A stretch of DNA of 64,000 nt from a bacterium (GTDB lineage: Bacteria > Patescibacteriota > Patescibacteriia > Patescibacteriales > JAKAJF01): contig JAJYLD010000002.1 of assembly GCA_021788015.1 (NCBI GenBank), forward strand, positions 26,739-90,738, given 5' to 3'. Shown piece after piece: positions 46,700 to 55,456 of the stretch; within the stretch, counting starts at the first letter, position 1; every line of letters starts with the position of its first letter. A model generated the notes under the pieces. It had not been told where the DNA came from. It ran no database searches and saw only the letters and a program-made list of their open reading frames with translations. The position numbers were made by a program, and so were the translations under genes.

Positions 46700-47632
46700 T
46701 TACTTCTTCAAATACTTATTAATGCTATTCGCGGCAATCGCGCCCTCGGCGGCGGCCGTAATCACTTGGCGGAATTTATTCGATCCGTTCGTAATATCGC
46801 CGGCGGCCCAGACGCCCTCGGCTGTCGTTTTTCCGTCCGGTCCGATTTTTACATAACCTTCTTCATCCAACTCCACACCCAGCGAATTTAAAATTTCCGT
46901 ATTCGGATCGGAACCGATCTCGATAAAAATTCCGTCCATTTTTAGAATATTTGAACCGGCGTATTCTTTGTCCAAAACCAATTCTTCAAGTTTTTCCGTT
47001 CCTTTTATTTCCGTCACGTTCGTATTGTAAATCACTTCAATCTTCTGATTTTTTTCAATCGCCTCGATCCAAAATTTTTCCGCCCTCAATTTATCGCGAC
47101 GATAAATCATATAAACTTTTTCCGCGATGTCGGCCAAGAACACGGCCGCTCCGGCGGCGCTGTCGTTTCCGCCAATAACGGCGACCGTTTTGTCTTTATA
47201 AAAATAACCGTCGCAAGTCGCGCAATAAGAAACGCCCTTGCCCATAAATTTCATTTCGCCGGGCACGTTTAAATGACGATGCGAAGTGCCCATGGCGAAA
47301 AGAACGGTTTTTGCTTTCATCTCTTCGCCGTTTTTTAATTTCAGCTTGAATTCACCGTCTTCCCTTGTGACACTTTCCGCCAAAGTGTATTTAATTTCCG
47401 TGCCGTAGCTTTTCGCGTGCGCTTCCGCCTTTTGCCCAAAATCAAAACCGCTGATTTTTATTTCGCCTAGCCAGTTGCCGATCTCGTGCGTTTTGGCGAT
47501 CTGCCCGCCCGGCTCGCCGATAACGACGTTTTTCAAGCCGTAGCGGGAAGCGTAAACGCTCGCCGATAATCCGGCCGGTCCCGCTCCAATTATTACTAAA
47601 TCGTAAGTCATATTTTTTAATTCAAAATGCAA
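46700..47632 (-). CDS. trxB: Thioredoxin reductase
   Basis: FAD GAGPAG, redox-active CATCDG, NADPH GGGDSA. Confidence 0.9.
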   Translation of the reverse strand: MHFELKNMTYDLVIIGAGPAGLSASVYASRYGLKNVVIGEPGGQIAKTHEIGNWLGEIKISGFDFGQKAEAHAKSYGTEIKYTLAESVTREDGEFKLKLKNGEEMKAKTVLFAMGTSHRHLNVPGEMKFMGKGVSYCATCDGYFYKDKTVAVIGGNDSAAGAAVFLADIAEKVYMIYRRDKLRAEKFWIEAIEKNQKIEVIYNTNVTEIKGTEKLEELVLDKEYAGSNILKMDGIFIEIGSDPNTEILNSLGVELDEEGYVKIGPDGKTTAEGVWAAGDITNGSNKFRQVITAAAEGAIAANSINKYLKK

Positions 47633-47710
47633 AAATCAAAATTCAAAATTAAGGAATTCGTCATCCCGAAATTTTTCGGGAGACTCATAAATTTTTAATT
47701 TTTAATTTTC

Positions 47711-48946
47711 TTAACTTCTTCCCCTGTCCTTCATCGCCTGGGCGACGCGCTTTACCGCCAAAGCGTATGCGCCTATGCGCATGGTGGTATTATATTTTTC
47801 TTTTTCCTTCCAAACTTCGTTAAAACTTTTTATCATTAAATCTTTTAATTTTTCCAAAACTTCTCCTTCTTTCCAATAATACCCATAAGCGTTTTGCACC
47901 TGTTCAAAATAACTCACGGCCACGCCGCCCGCGTTTGCCAAAATATCGGGTACGACCATAATATTCTTTTTTGCAAGCACTTCTTCCGCTTCGGGAGTGA
48001 TCGGTCCGTTCGCGAGTTCGACAATCAATTTCGCTTTAATCACATTGACATTGTCCGTGTTGATGGAGTTTTCCAAAGCGGCCGGAATCAAAATATCAAC
48101 CTCGTGTTCAAGGCAGTGCATTTCTCCGCGATCTTCCGCCCCCGGATAATTCGCGACCGAACCCGTGTTATCTTTATGCCTCTCCACCTCTTCCACGTTT
48201 AGTCCCATATAATTGCAAATCGTTCCTTTCGAGTCGCTTAAAACCGCCACGCGATAGCCTTCGTTCTGCAAAAGTTTGGCCATGAATCGGCCGGCGTTGC
48301 CGAAACCTTGAATCGCGACCGTGCATCCTTTTTCAAGACCGATTTTTTTAACAGCTTCGTTCAAAACATAGACCGCGCCTTGCGCCGTCGAATAACCGCG
48401 CGCTTCCGAACCGCCAATCGAAAGCGGCTTGCCCGTGATTACCCCCGGTCTGTGCAGCCCCGCCAACTTTTCGTATTCGTCCATCATCCAAGCCATGATT
48501 TTCGGATCGGTATAAACATCGGGGGCGGGGACATCGACGTCGGGACCTATCAACTTGTAAATTGCGTCGATATAACCTCGAGACAGCCGTTCCAATTCGC
48601 CTTGCGACAATTCTTTCGGATTGACGATCACTCCGCCTTTGCCGCCGCCCAAAGGGATATTTACCACCGCCGTTTTCCAGGTCATCCAAGCGCTCAAAGC
48701 CTTAACCTCGTCGATATTTACATCGGGGTGAAATCTGATTCCGCCCTTGAACGGTCCGCGGGCATCGTTAAATTGCGAACGATAGCCGGTGAAAACTTTA
48801 ATCTTTCCGTCGTCCATTCTCACCGGAACGGAAACTTCCAAAAATTTTTGCGGCGCCTGAAGCTGGCTGTAAATATTGTTTTCAAGTTTTATCAACTCGT
48901 TAACTTTTTCCAACTGCTTAAGCGCGTTTTGAAAGAGATTGTTCAT
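47711..48946 (-). CDS. gdhA: Glutamate (Glu/Leu/Phe/Val-family) dehydrogenase
   Basis: GGGKGG catalytic-lysine motif, NAD(P) GFGNAG. Confidence 0.85.
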   Translation of the reverse strand: MNNLFQNALKQLEKVNELIKLENNIYSQLQAPQKFLEVSVPVRMDDGKIKVFTGYRSQFNDARGPFKGGIRFHPDVNIDEVKALSAWMTWKTAVVNIPLGGGKGGVIVNPKELSQGELERLSRGYIDAIYKLIGPDVDVPAPDVYTDPKIMAWMMDEYEKLAGLHRPGVITGKPLSIGGSEARGYSTAQGAVYVLNEAVKKIGLEKGCTVAIQGFGNAGRFMAKLLQNEGYRVAVLSDSKGTICNYMGLNVEEVERHKDNTGSVANYPGAEDRGEMHCLEHEVDILIPAALENSINTDNVNVIKAKLIVELANGPITPEAEEVLAKKNIMVVPDILANAGGVAVSYFEQVQNAYGYYWKEGEVLEKLKDLMIKSFNEVWKEKEKYNTTMRIGAYALAVKRVAQAMKDRGRS

Positions 48947-49155
48947 ATTAAAATTTTTAAATTTTATAATTTTTAATTTTTAAACAATTCTTAATAACTA
49001 AATTTTTAAACTTAGAAATTAAAAATTAGAATATTATTTAAAAATTACAAAATTAAAAATTAGAAATTTTACCATTAACCACACCCATTTATGGCATGGG
49101 TTTGTTTAATTTTTTGATGATGAGCTATAAACCTAAAACCTAAAAACCTACAACA

Positions 49156-49488
49156 CTACTTTATTTCCGTTTCCAATTCTTGTTTAAAAACTTCTTTCGG
49201 TCTGAAACCGATAAAGTCCTTCGCCACCTTACCGCTCTTAAAAAGCTTCATATTGGGGATGCTTTGAATTTGATATTGGATAGCCAAGGCTTCGTGGTTC
49301 GGATTTTCGACATCCAATTTCGCGACCTTAAGTTTGCCGGACAATTCTTCGGACAATTCGTCCAAAACCGGAGCCATCATGCGGCACGGTCCGCACCACG
49401 GGGCCCAAAAATCGACCAAAACCGGAAGATCCGATTTTAAAACCTCGGTTTCGAAAGTTTGATCGGTTAAATTTACGACTTTGCTCAT
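49156..49488 (-). CDS. trxA: Thioredoxin
   Basis: WAPWCGPC. Confidence 0.9.
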   Translation of the reverse strand: MSKVVNLTDQTFETEVLKSDLPVLVDFWAPWCGPCRMMAPVLDELSEELSGKLKVAKLDVENPNHEALAIQYQIQSIPNMKLFKSGKVAKDFIGFRPKEVFKQELETEIK

Positions 49489-49494
49489 AATGTT

Positions 49495-50544
49495 TTAATT
49501 ATTAATTAATAATCTTGACAATAAAAATGAACTCGGAATCTGGATGAAATAAGCCAAAGAAATTATCACCACCATAACCATAAGCAAACCGTTCTGATAA
49601 ATCAAAGAAATCGCCAGTCCCAACGCCAATGTTATGTATCTCAAATAAGTTCCCCAGACTCCCGCTTTGCCCTTTTCATTTTTATAAAAAACAAAATAGA
49701 CAAAAAGAATTATGGCGAGATAAATGAAATAAAACAGGATTAAGGGCAAAAGCGCGGCGAGAATTAAAGAAGGATCTTTAAAAATAACAATATTGTTTTT
49801 TATGCCCATTAACATAAATAACACGACAACCAGGCCCAAATTGCTAAATTTTCCAAAATTCGATTTTATTCTGTCAAAATACTCGGCGCCTTTTTTCTTT
49901 TTAATTTCCGTTTGGGTAAAATAGGCGAGCAACATGGGAATGACAATGATAAAGAAAATCGGAAAAATTATTTTGCTCGGGCTTATTTGCCCGGCGTTGC
50001 CCAAAAAACAGCTCGCCGCCCCTCCGGTCACTTCGCTCAAAACGCACATCCCTCCCGCGGGCTGGACGCTTCCTTCCAATCGGTTCATGACGAAAGAAAG
50101 AAAGCTCGGAACTATGAAAATCATGGCCAAAAGATTGACCAAAATAATTCCGACGGTGGTTGTCATTTCCGCTTTTGATCGAAGCGCCCACGAAGTCGCC
50201 ATACCCCCTCCCGGCAAAATCGAAATTAAAAGAAGGCCTAGCCAAAGAATGGGATAGCTTCTTAAAAACAAATAGCCGATTGCGGTCGCGAGAAGCGGAG
50301 AAATGATAAAATTAAAAATCAAAGACAAGACGATAATTTTGTAATTTTTCGGGACCTCTTTGAATTTACCGAAAGCCAACGGCACAAGCGAAGGATAGAT
50401 CATAATCAAAGCGGCGACAAAACATATGACCGAAGAGAAAGCGTACCCGCCCGTCAATTTCATAAACGACAAACCCGCGACAATCGCTCCCAAAATCCAA
50501 AAAATCAGATATTTTTGCACATTATCCAACAATTTAATGAGCAT
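49495..50544 (-). CDS. Ten-TM transporter, BASS/ACR3-like fold (substrate unknown)
   Basis: 349 aa polytopic; adjacent to a CsoR/RcnR-family regulator. Confidence 0.4.
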   Translation of the reverse strand: MLIKLLDNVQKYLIFWILGAIVAGLSFMKLTGGYAFSSVICFVAALIMIYPSLVPLAFGKFKEVPKNYKIIVLSLIFNFIISPLLATAIGYLFLRSYPILWLGLLLISILPGGGMATSWALRSKAEMTTTVGIILVNLLAMIFIVPSFLSFVMNRLEGSVQPAGGMCVLSEVTGGAASCFLGNAGQISPSKIIFPIFFIIVIPMLLAYFTQTEIKKKKGAEYFDRIKSNFGKFSNLGLVVVLFMLMGIKNNIVIFKDPSLILAALLPLILFYFIYLAIILFVYFVFYKNEKGKAGVWGTYLRYITLALGLAISLIYQNGLLMVMVVIISLAYFIQIPSSFLLSRLLINN

Positions 50545-50847
50545 TTATTTTATCTTAAAAATCGTTTTTATGTACTTTTCGTCGATTTTTTCCTTGTTGC
50601 AAATTAATTCGTCTTTTAAAAGCTCAACGCCAAGCATATTTACCGCTTCGCGAATGGCGGTAATTTGCGTAATGATATTCAAGCATTCCTTTTTTTCCTG
50701 AACCATTCTTTTTATTCCCTTTAATTGCCCTTCGATTCTCGAAACACGATTTAAAATTTCAGTTTCATCTGAATTTGAAATTACTTTTGACTTTTGCTTG
50801 TCCCGTAGCGAGCCTTCCCCGCCTCGGGGACTTTTGACTTTTAACAT
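50545..50847 (-). CDS. Second CsoR/RcnR/FrmR-family repressor (start taken at internal MLKVKS)
   Basis: ILNRVSRIEGQLKGIKRMVQEKKECLNIITQITAIREAVNMLGVELL matches the DUF156 W-X-Y-Z ligand pattern. Confidence 0.6.
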   Translation of the reverse strand: MLKVKSPRGGEGSLRDKQKSKVISNSDETEILNRVSRIEGQLKGIKRMVQEKKECLNIITQITAIREAVNMLGVELLKDELICNKEKIDEKYIKTIFKIK

Positions 50848-51470
50848 ACCTCTAGGGGGTATATTATCATGGATTAAAAAATCCGTCAAGAATGCGAAAG
50901 GGACTGTCATAAAAGACCAGTCCCTGTTATTTTTTCACCTCCTTGAATTTGCCGTGGGTACCTATTTCTGAAAATCCAGAAATTCCGCAGGCCCACAGGA
51001 GTGCATCGGATAAAACTTGCACTCTGGAACAGGTAATCCCTGTTCCTTAGATCGAGGTCGCCCGTTTTACTAAGGGGTGACGAGCGTTGCCCGGACCACC
51101 TCCTTTTTCCCCAAAGCTCTTGCCGAAGTGTGGATGCTTTTCATGTTTTTCCTCCCGTGGAGCGAAAATTATGGCCCATTTGCTGCGGTTCAGGATAAAA
51201 ACTGTAATCTTGGCATCCCTTATTTTTTTGCGCCGGTCACCCCAAAAATGCGGGTGATTTTTCTTAATTAACCCAATGTTAATTTCTGATCCCTCCTTCC
51301 CTGAGAAATTCGTTTTTTAAAAAGTAATCCTTACTTTCATTAAACCAAATTTAAATCAAATGTCAAATTAAAATTCATGCTTGACAAAATAGGGTCTTTA
51401 TCATAATATTATATTGATAGAACTTCCGGTTCTATTTTTATGTTTATAATTCAAATTACATTTTAAACGT

Positions 51471-51827
51471 ATGGCGAATGAAGTTAAAAAAGAAGGAAAA
51501 ACGGCGGTCGAGGATTTAAGGCCCGGCATGACTGTGCGTATTTACCAAAAAATTAAAGAGTTAAACGTCAAAGGAGAAGAAAAAGAAAGAATCCAATATT
51601 TCGAAGGCCTCATCATAGCTCGAAAACATGGAAAAGAAACCGGCGGAACGATTACCGTTCGCAAGGTTTCCGACGGAGTCGGAGTGGAAAAAATTTTCCC
51701 GATTAATCTTCCCGCGATCACCAAAGTCGAAATTAAAAAACAAGCTAAGACGAAGCGGGCCAAATTAAACTTCCTTAAAAAGGGGTACAAAAAAAGATTG
51801 AAGGAGACAAAATCGACGACAAAATAA
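51471..51827 (+). CDS. rplS: 50S ribosomal protein L19
   Basis: MANEVKKEG...RPGMTVRIYQKIKE...RIQYFEGLIIARK. Confidence 0.9.
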   Translation: MANEVKKEGKTAVEDLRPGMTVRIYQKIKELNVKGEEKERIQYFEGLIIARKHGKETGGTITVRKVSDGVGVEKIFPINLPAITKVEIKKQAKTKRAKLNFLKKGYKKRLKETKSTTK

Positions 51828-52092
51828 TTCGATCAATCCCCGGGGCAGGCGGCCCGTTTCGACTTGCCCATTTTATATAAAATCCTAAATCTTAATTTCT
51901 AAATCCCTGACGACAGGCAGGCTAAACGAATTCGAAATCATAAATTCAAATGACTAAAGTTTTGAATTTTTATTTTTGTCATTTGAAATCATTTAGAGTT
52001 TAGATATTAGAAATTAGATTTTAAAATTGGGCAAGTGGTGAAATTGATATATTCACCCCGCACCAAATTAGCAAAATTTAAAATTTCAAATA

Positions 52093-52175
52093 AACATAAG
52101 CAGACGTGGCGGAATTTGGTATACGCGCACGCTTGAGGTGCGTGTGGAGTCATCCATGAGGGTTCAAGTCCCTCC
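52093..52175 (+). tRNA. tRNA-Leu (anticodon GAG), long variable arm
   Basis: GCAGACG TG GCG..CGC G CACGC TTGAGGT GCGTG TGGAGTCATCCATGA GGG TTCAAGT CCC TC CGTCTGC A. Confidence 0.7.
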
Positions 52176-52297
52176 GTCTGCACCTGTATATTTGGTGCGG
52201 GGCAGGTTCCGCCTTTCAGTGGCTGTGGAGCAATCCGTGGGATTAGGTCTAATAACCCTTGCCGACAGGCGGGAACTTCTTCATCTGCGCTCAATAT

Positions 52298-52341
52298 TCA
52301 AAAAGGGCGCACAGAGCTCAGCTGGTTAAAGCACTTCGTTT
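52298..52341 (+). pseudogene. tRNA 5'-half fragment (acceptor GCGCACA, D-arm, anticodon stem-loop-like) upstream of tRNA-Val
   Basis: GGGCGCACAGAGCTCAGCTGGTTAAAGCACTTCGTTTATTCACC resembles the 5' half of the adjacent tRNA-Val but lacks a T-arm. Confidence 0.45.
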
Positions 52342-52380
52342 ATTCACCCCGTTAGATAATGGTTTAAATTTTTAGATAAA

Positions 52381-52453
52381 ATTAGGAGCACGCTTAGCTC
52401 AGTTGGTAGAGCGCTTCGTTTACACCGAAGATGCCGGGGGTTCGAGTCCCTCA
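52381..52453 (+). tRNA. tRNA-Val (anticodon TAC)
   Basis: GCACGCT TA GCTC AGTTGGTAG AGC G CTTCG TTTACAC CGAAG ATGCC GGGGG TTCGAGT CCCTC AGCGTGC A. Confidence 0.8.
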
Positions 52454-52492
52454 GCGTGCACAAGAAAGTAAATCATGAAAAAATAAAACGAA

Positions 52493-52536
52493 TATTTACG
52501 GGGCAAGCCGAGGGGTCCCGGGTTCGAATTCTTGTG
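52493..52536 (+). pseudogene. tRNA 3'-half fragment (T-arm-like GGTTCGAAT, acceptor TGTGCGC-CCA) downstream of tRNA-Val
   Basis: 3' strand TGTGCGC is the exact complement of the GCGCACA 5' strand at 52300. Confidence 0.45.
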
Positions 52537-52546
52537 CGCCCACATG

Positions 52547-52575
52547 AATAAAAAACGCTTGCATTCGCAAGCGTT
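52547..52575. terminator. Bidirectional Rho-independent terminator (AACGCUUGCauucGCAAGCGUUUUUUAUUU)
   Basis: 9-bp stem with A-run and T-run on either side. Confidence 0.7.
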
Positions 52576-52616
52576 TTTTATTTGCTTAATTTAAATTTAA
52601 AAGTTAAGATAAAAAC

Positions 52617-53039
52617 ATGAAATTCATATCGCAATCCGAAAAAGACACATATGACTTGGCGAAAAAAATGGCGAAAACCTTAAGGGGGGGAGAAATTATC
52701 GGCCTTGTCGGCGAACTTGGCGCGGGGAAAACGGTTTTTACGAAAGGCTTGGCCGCCGGTCTCGGAATTAAAAAGCATATTACCAGTCCGACTTTCATTT
52801 TGATGAAAATTTATAGAATTACAAATCGTAAATTACAAATCGCCAAATTTATCCATATCGACGCTTACCGCTTGAAAAACTTTCATGATTTAAAAAATAT
52901 CGGCATCGAAGAATACTTAAACCGCAAAGACGCGATCGTAATAATCGAATGGGCGGACATAGTAAAAAGGGGGTTGCCGAAAAGAGCAAAATTTATTAAG
53001 ATAATCTCAATAAAAAATAAACGAGAAATTTATGTTTAG
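52617..53039 (+). CDS. tsaE: tRNA threonylcarbamoyladenosine biosynthesis ATPase TsaE (YjeE)
   Basis: P-loop GELGAGKT, 140 aa. Confidence 0.85.
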   Translation: MKFISQSEKDTYDLAKKMAKTLRGGEIIGLVGELGAGKTVFTKGLAAGLGIKKHITSPTFILMKIYRITNRKLQIAKFIHIDAYRLKNFHDLKNIGIEEYLNRKDAIVIIEWADIVKRGLPKRAKFIKIISIKNKREIYV

Positions 53040-54381
53040 GGATGAAGGGTTAGAAAAAATAAAAAATTCTTCGGTCGAAAATTTAGAAAAAGAAAAAATT
53101 TTGGACTTTCTTTTAAAATTTTCGATTTTAAAATCACAAACAATCAACCAAGGTACAAACGGAATTATAAAAAGAATAGATGCCGAAAATTTTCCGCAAG
53201 CTCTGTTGGAATATTTTAAAGAACGGGGAATTATTAATTCGGACAATAGGAATGATTTGGTGTTTAAAATTATAAAAATTTATTCTGGCGGCAGGGGGAG
53301 GAAAGAATATGAAAGACAAAGCAAGGCTTATGAAATTGTGCAAAATAAAATCTTGGAAAATGACGGAAAAGAATATGCGTCAATTCCAAAGCCTTATTAT
53401 TATAAAGAATTGGAAATAGATTCGGAGCTGAAACAAATGGCAAAAAATGACGGAATGAAACCAAATCAAAAAAAATTAGAGGTTTTACTAATGGACTTTA
53501 TAGACGGAAACGACCTTGCCACCATGCTATACAGAGAAGTTTTGAAAAGACATCCGGATACGGTTCATTTAAAAGAAGAAGAAATTAATCAGATGTCTAT
53601 AACGGAACTGGAAAAAGAAGTTTCTTCTTGTTTGCGTTTTAATGTTCCCGGAGGGAAAAACAGCAATCCGGGAGAAAACGCATTTGAAGCCGAAATAGTT
53701 TTTAACGAAAACACCAAACGCATGATTGATTTCTTAAAAAGAAAGGGTGTTAAACTTAACCGGGAAATTTTTGAAAAGCTTAAAAATACAATCGATCTTT
53801 TGCATTCTAACGGATTTTTTCACAGAGATCTTCACGAAAGAAACGTTATGCTTTCGGATGACAACATTTTTATTATAGATTTCGGAGAATCTATTTCAAA
53901 CGTTCTTCCCGAATTTAAAGAAGGTGTTTATAATGAGACCATGTCCGATAAAAAATGGATTGATGATAAAAATATTTTAAACAAATATAAATCTTTGGCC
54001 GACAAGAACGATCCTCGGTTTTCAAAAGAATTCCAAGAATTTTTGGAAGAAATGGATTTTGTCGTTAAAGATGAAGTTTTTATCTCAAAAATAAAATCTT
54101 ATGGCAAGGTTGCGCCGGACGAAGTCGACAAAATTTCTTCCGATATAGCGTCCGAATTCGATCCTTTTTTGGGAGATTTGTTTTATAACGTTAAATTTCT
54201 CGCAATTAAAAATTTTTTAGATAAACTAACCTCGTCTGAAAAAAAAGAAGCTTTGGAGCGTATAACGGAGAAAAATAAAAATACCAGCTTTTTTTTAAAC
54301 AAGATACTGAGATTTTTGTCCGCCGAACCCGAATTAAATCAGAAATCGGCGAAAGTAAAAAAGAAAAAAGAGCGCAATTAG
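53032..54381 (+). CDS. Eukaryotic-like protein-kinase-fold protein, translationally coupled to tsaE
   Basis: Gly-rich loop QGTNGIIK, hinge LLMDFIDG, catalytic loop HRDLHERNVML, DFG (IIDFGES); start overlaps tsaE stop (ATGTTTAG). Confidence 0.65.
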   Translation: MFRDEGLEKIKNSSVENLEKEKILDFLLKFSILKSQTINQGTNGIIKRIDAENFPQALLEYFKERGIINSDNRNDLVFKIIKIYSGGRGRKEYERQSKAYEIVQNKILENDGKEYASIPKPYYYKELEIDSELKQMAKNDGMKPNQKKLEVLLMDFIDGNDLATMLYREVLKRHPDTVHLKEEEINQMSITELEKEVSSCLRFNVPGGKNSNPGENAFEAEIVFNENTKRMIDFLKRKGVKLNREIFEKLKNTIDLLHSNGFFHRDLHERNVMLSDDNIFIIDFGESISNVLPEFKEGVYNETMSDKKWIDDKNILNKYKSLADKNDPRFSKEFQEFLEEMDFVVKDEVFISKIKSYGKVAPDEVDKISSDIASEFDPFLGDLFYNVKFLAIKNFLDKLTSSEKKEALERITEKNKNTSFFLNKILRFLSAEPELNQKSAKVKKKKERN

Positions 54382-54386
54382 GCGCT

Positions 54387-54569
54387 CTATAACTCGCGAA
54401 GAGTATTAAATTTTATCTTTGCTTCTCCTTCTTTTCCGTCTTTAATGATTATGACATTTTCGGACTTGTCCCATTCAAGGGTAAGTCCGTCTCTTTTTGC
54501 CGTTTTAGAGGCCAGCAAAAAAAGCTCTTCGTCCGACAAGTCTGCGCCCGCCTTATTTATCTTGAGCAT
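54387..54569 (-). CDS. Hypothetical small protein
   Basis: ORF only. Confidence 0.3.
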   Translation of the reverse strand: MLKINKAGADLSDEELFLLASKTAKRDGLTLEWDKSENVIIIKDGKEGEAKIKFNTLREL

Positions 54570-54620
54570 TTTGCGGCCCCCTTTCTTTTTTTTGATGGAA
54601 TATACATATAATCATATTTA

Positions 54621-55076
54621 TTATTTTTTGTCAACTCTCCGCCAACTAAAAAGTAACCCCGCCACTCCGATCACTATGGCGACGTCCGCCAGATTGAAAA
54701 CAGTGAAATATTTTAGATAAAGATAATCGACGACAAAACCGTAATTGATTCTGTCCATGAGATTGCTCATGCTTCCCAAAAAAACCAAAAAGGCGAAAAT
54801 CGCTTCCGGCCTTTTTTCTTTAAACAGAGATACAAAATAATACCCAAAAGCGAGAGCAACGACAACGATAAGGGCAAAAACAATTTTTCCTTGCAAGGGG
54901 AGAGAGAAGGCGATTTGATAATTTTTTGCGAAATCGATTCGAAAAAAATCGCCAAAAATTTTCGGTTCGCTTATTATTCCGTTAACCACTCCGTATTTTA
55001 TCGCTCGATCCGCGACAATAAAAAGAACGGCGGCAAAATAAAAAGCCGCCATTCTTTTTTTATCCGAAAAAAACAT
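54621..55076 (-). CDS. lspA: Lipoprotein signal peptidase (signal peptidase II)
   Basis: Four TM helices, conserved FNLAD and NxGxxF(VVD) motifs. Confidence 0.85.
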   Translation of the reverse strand: MFFSDKKRMAAFYFAAVLFIVADRAIKYGVVNGIISEPKIFGDFFRIDFAKNYQIAFSLPLQGKIVFALIVVVALAFGYYFVSLFKEKRPEAIFAFLVFLGSMSNLMDRINYGFVVDYLYLKYFTVFNLADVAIVIGVAGLLFSWRRVDKK

Positions 55077-55084
55077 AAATAAAT

Positions 55085-55456
55085 TTAAGATGATTTTTGC
55101 AACTTACTTTTGCACTCGACGCAAGCGCTCGCTACCGGCCTTATTAATAATCTTTTTTCATCTATTTCTTTTCCGCAGTATTTGCAAATACCGTAAGTTC
55201 CTTTTTCAATCCTGTTTAAGGCATTATTGATATCGCGGAGAGAAGATTCAAGAATTTTTTCTGTCGCCAAATTGGTAGAATACTCTCCGACTTCTAAGGC
55301 GTTGTCATCGGGCTTATCTCCAAAATCGGGGAACGTAACTTTGTGTTCCTCTTTTTCATATTCATCTTTATGGGAAACCGCATTAAGGTCTTCTTCAATC
55401 TTCTTTTTTTGAGCAAGCAAATCTTTTTTAATTTGCTCAAGAATTTTTTTGTCCAT
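55085..55456 (-). CDS. DksA/TraR-family C4 zinc-finger regulator
   Basis: C-terminal CKYCGKEI...CVEC four-Cys finger; coiled-coil N-terminus; start at MDKKIL. Confidence 0.7.
   Translation of the reverse strand: MDKKILEQIKKDLLAQKKKIEEDLNAVSHKDEYEKEEHKVTFPDFGDKPDDNALEVGEYSTNLATEKILESSLRDINNALNRIEKGTYGICKYCGKEIDEKRLLIRPVASACVECKSKLQKSS

Noticed and set aside
48308-48976. 222-aa ORF antisense to the glutamate dehydrogenase gene
   Set aside because: It is a shadow ORF, since the GDH motifs on the opposite strand are clear.
51077-51271. 64-aa ORF upstream of rplS
   Set aside because: It has no SD, lies in a hairpin-dense GC-rich spacer, and is more likely non-coding RNA sequence.
52007-52294. 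95-aa minus-strand ORF overlapping tRNA-Leu
   Set aside because: It overlaps a well-formed tRNA and structured spacer and has Cys/Pro-rich nonsense composition.
54767-54955. 62-aa ORF inside lspA on the same strand but a different frame
   Set aside because: It is nested within a gene with clear LspA motifs, and is an alternative-frame artefact.
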